Shown one piece after another: positions 31,891 to 32,000 of a stretch of DNA of 32,000 bases (position 1 is the first letter of the stretch; the number at the start of each line of letters is the position of its first letter). The DNA is from Candidatus Methylomirabilis oxygeniifera (GTDB lineage: Bacteria > Methylomirabilota > Methylomirabilia > Methylomirabilales > Methylomirabilaceae): contig FP565575.1 in assembly GCA_000091165.1 (NCBI GenBank), forward strand, positions 690,001-722,000, written 5' to 3'. The notes beneath the pieces are model-generated. The model was given only the letters and a program-made list of their open reading frames with translations, made no database searches and was not told the origin of the DNA. Made by a program: the position numbers and the translations under genes.

Positions 31891-32000
31891 TTATCCCTTT
31901 CCGGAGATTTTAGGTGGGTTGGAGGCTATGTCTTCGGGAAACTGATCAAGCGCCGAGAGAAGTGACAGGGGCGCCGATTGACCGAGACCGCAGAGCGACG
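31891..32000 (-). CDS. NuoF-like NADH-binding/Fe-S subunit (FdsB-like), C-terminal 35 codons only
   Basis: The minus-strand frame reads ...SLCGLGQSAPLSLLSALDQFPEDIASNPPKISGKG*. The CGLGQ.AP..L..L..F motif is typical of the C-terminus of NuoF/HoxF/FdsB-type subunits. The stop lies 2 nt before the FDH alpha ATG. Confidence 0.5.
   Translation of the reverse strand, partial: SLCGLGQSAPLSLLSALDQFPEDIASNPPKISGKG

Noticed and set aside
1-32000. CRISPR arrays, tRNA/rRNA genes, integrase genes, prophage structural genes
   Set aside because: No regularly spaced direct repeats were seen. No cloverleaf-like or rRNA-like segments occur in any intergenic gap (3128-3253, 6080-6352, 6737-6831, 11816-11912, 12876-12950, 15555-15996, 25663-25811, 26698-27092). 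No tyrosine or serine recombinase motifs appear in any ORF.

Overview
32-kb window from a GC-rich bacterial chromosome (roughly 58-60% by eye). The taxon cannot be assigned from the sequence alone. No rRNA, tRNA or CRISPR array was seen. Five blocks are present. (1) nt 1-11815, + strand: a tightly packed respiratory / extracellular-electron-transfer locus. It holds a 5'-truncated MtrA/DmsE-type decahaem cytochrome, an MtrB/PioB-type outer-membrane barrel, a Rieske protein plus cytochrome b, a membrane-anchored 9-haem cytochrome and a trihaem c7-type cytochrome. These are followed by a 13-haem cytochrome fused to an FdnI/HydC-type cytochrome b (CbcL-like), a NapC/NirT-anchored 16-18-haem cytochrome and a CcmI/NrfG-like TPR protein. 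About 50 c-haem motifs are counted by hand. (2) nt 11913-16734: a secreted RNase T2, a lipase-type hydrolase, a small AT-rich secreted protein and phosphatidylcholine synthase. This block also has a membrane protein split at a G6 run, which carries a diverged duplicate of the TPR gene's 3' end. (3) nt 16726-21024, - strand: an ABC-2 ATPase / permease / GldG-like / DUF4340 operon. (4) nt 21131-26801: a 5,671-bp, visibly AT-richer transposon bounded by perfect 19-bp terminal inverted repeats and an 8-bp target-site duplication. It encodes an IS1-family-like transposase plus defence/addiction cargo: an unknown protein with an XRE-ImmA/IrrE fusion, a C-protein / MunI-EcoRI-like endonuclease / MT-A70 methylase set, and a Panacea(SocA)-type antitoxin with a small putative toxin. 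This is the strongest candidate for something new. (5) nt 27093-32000, - strand: an RHH-RelE TA pair translationally coupled to a short RNB exoribonuclease, a Cys-type NAD-linked formate dehydrogenase alpha subunit, and the tail of its NuoF-like partner. Two inverted copies of a multi-hairpin intergenic repeat, with compensatory stem changes, lie at ~6.2 kb and ~15.7 kb. All family assignments come from motifs read in the translations; no database search was possible.
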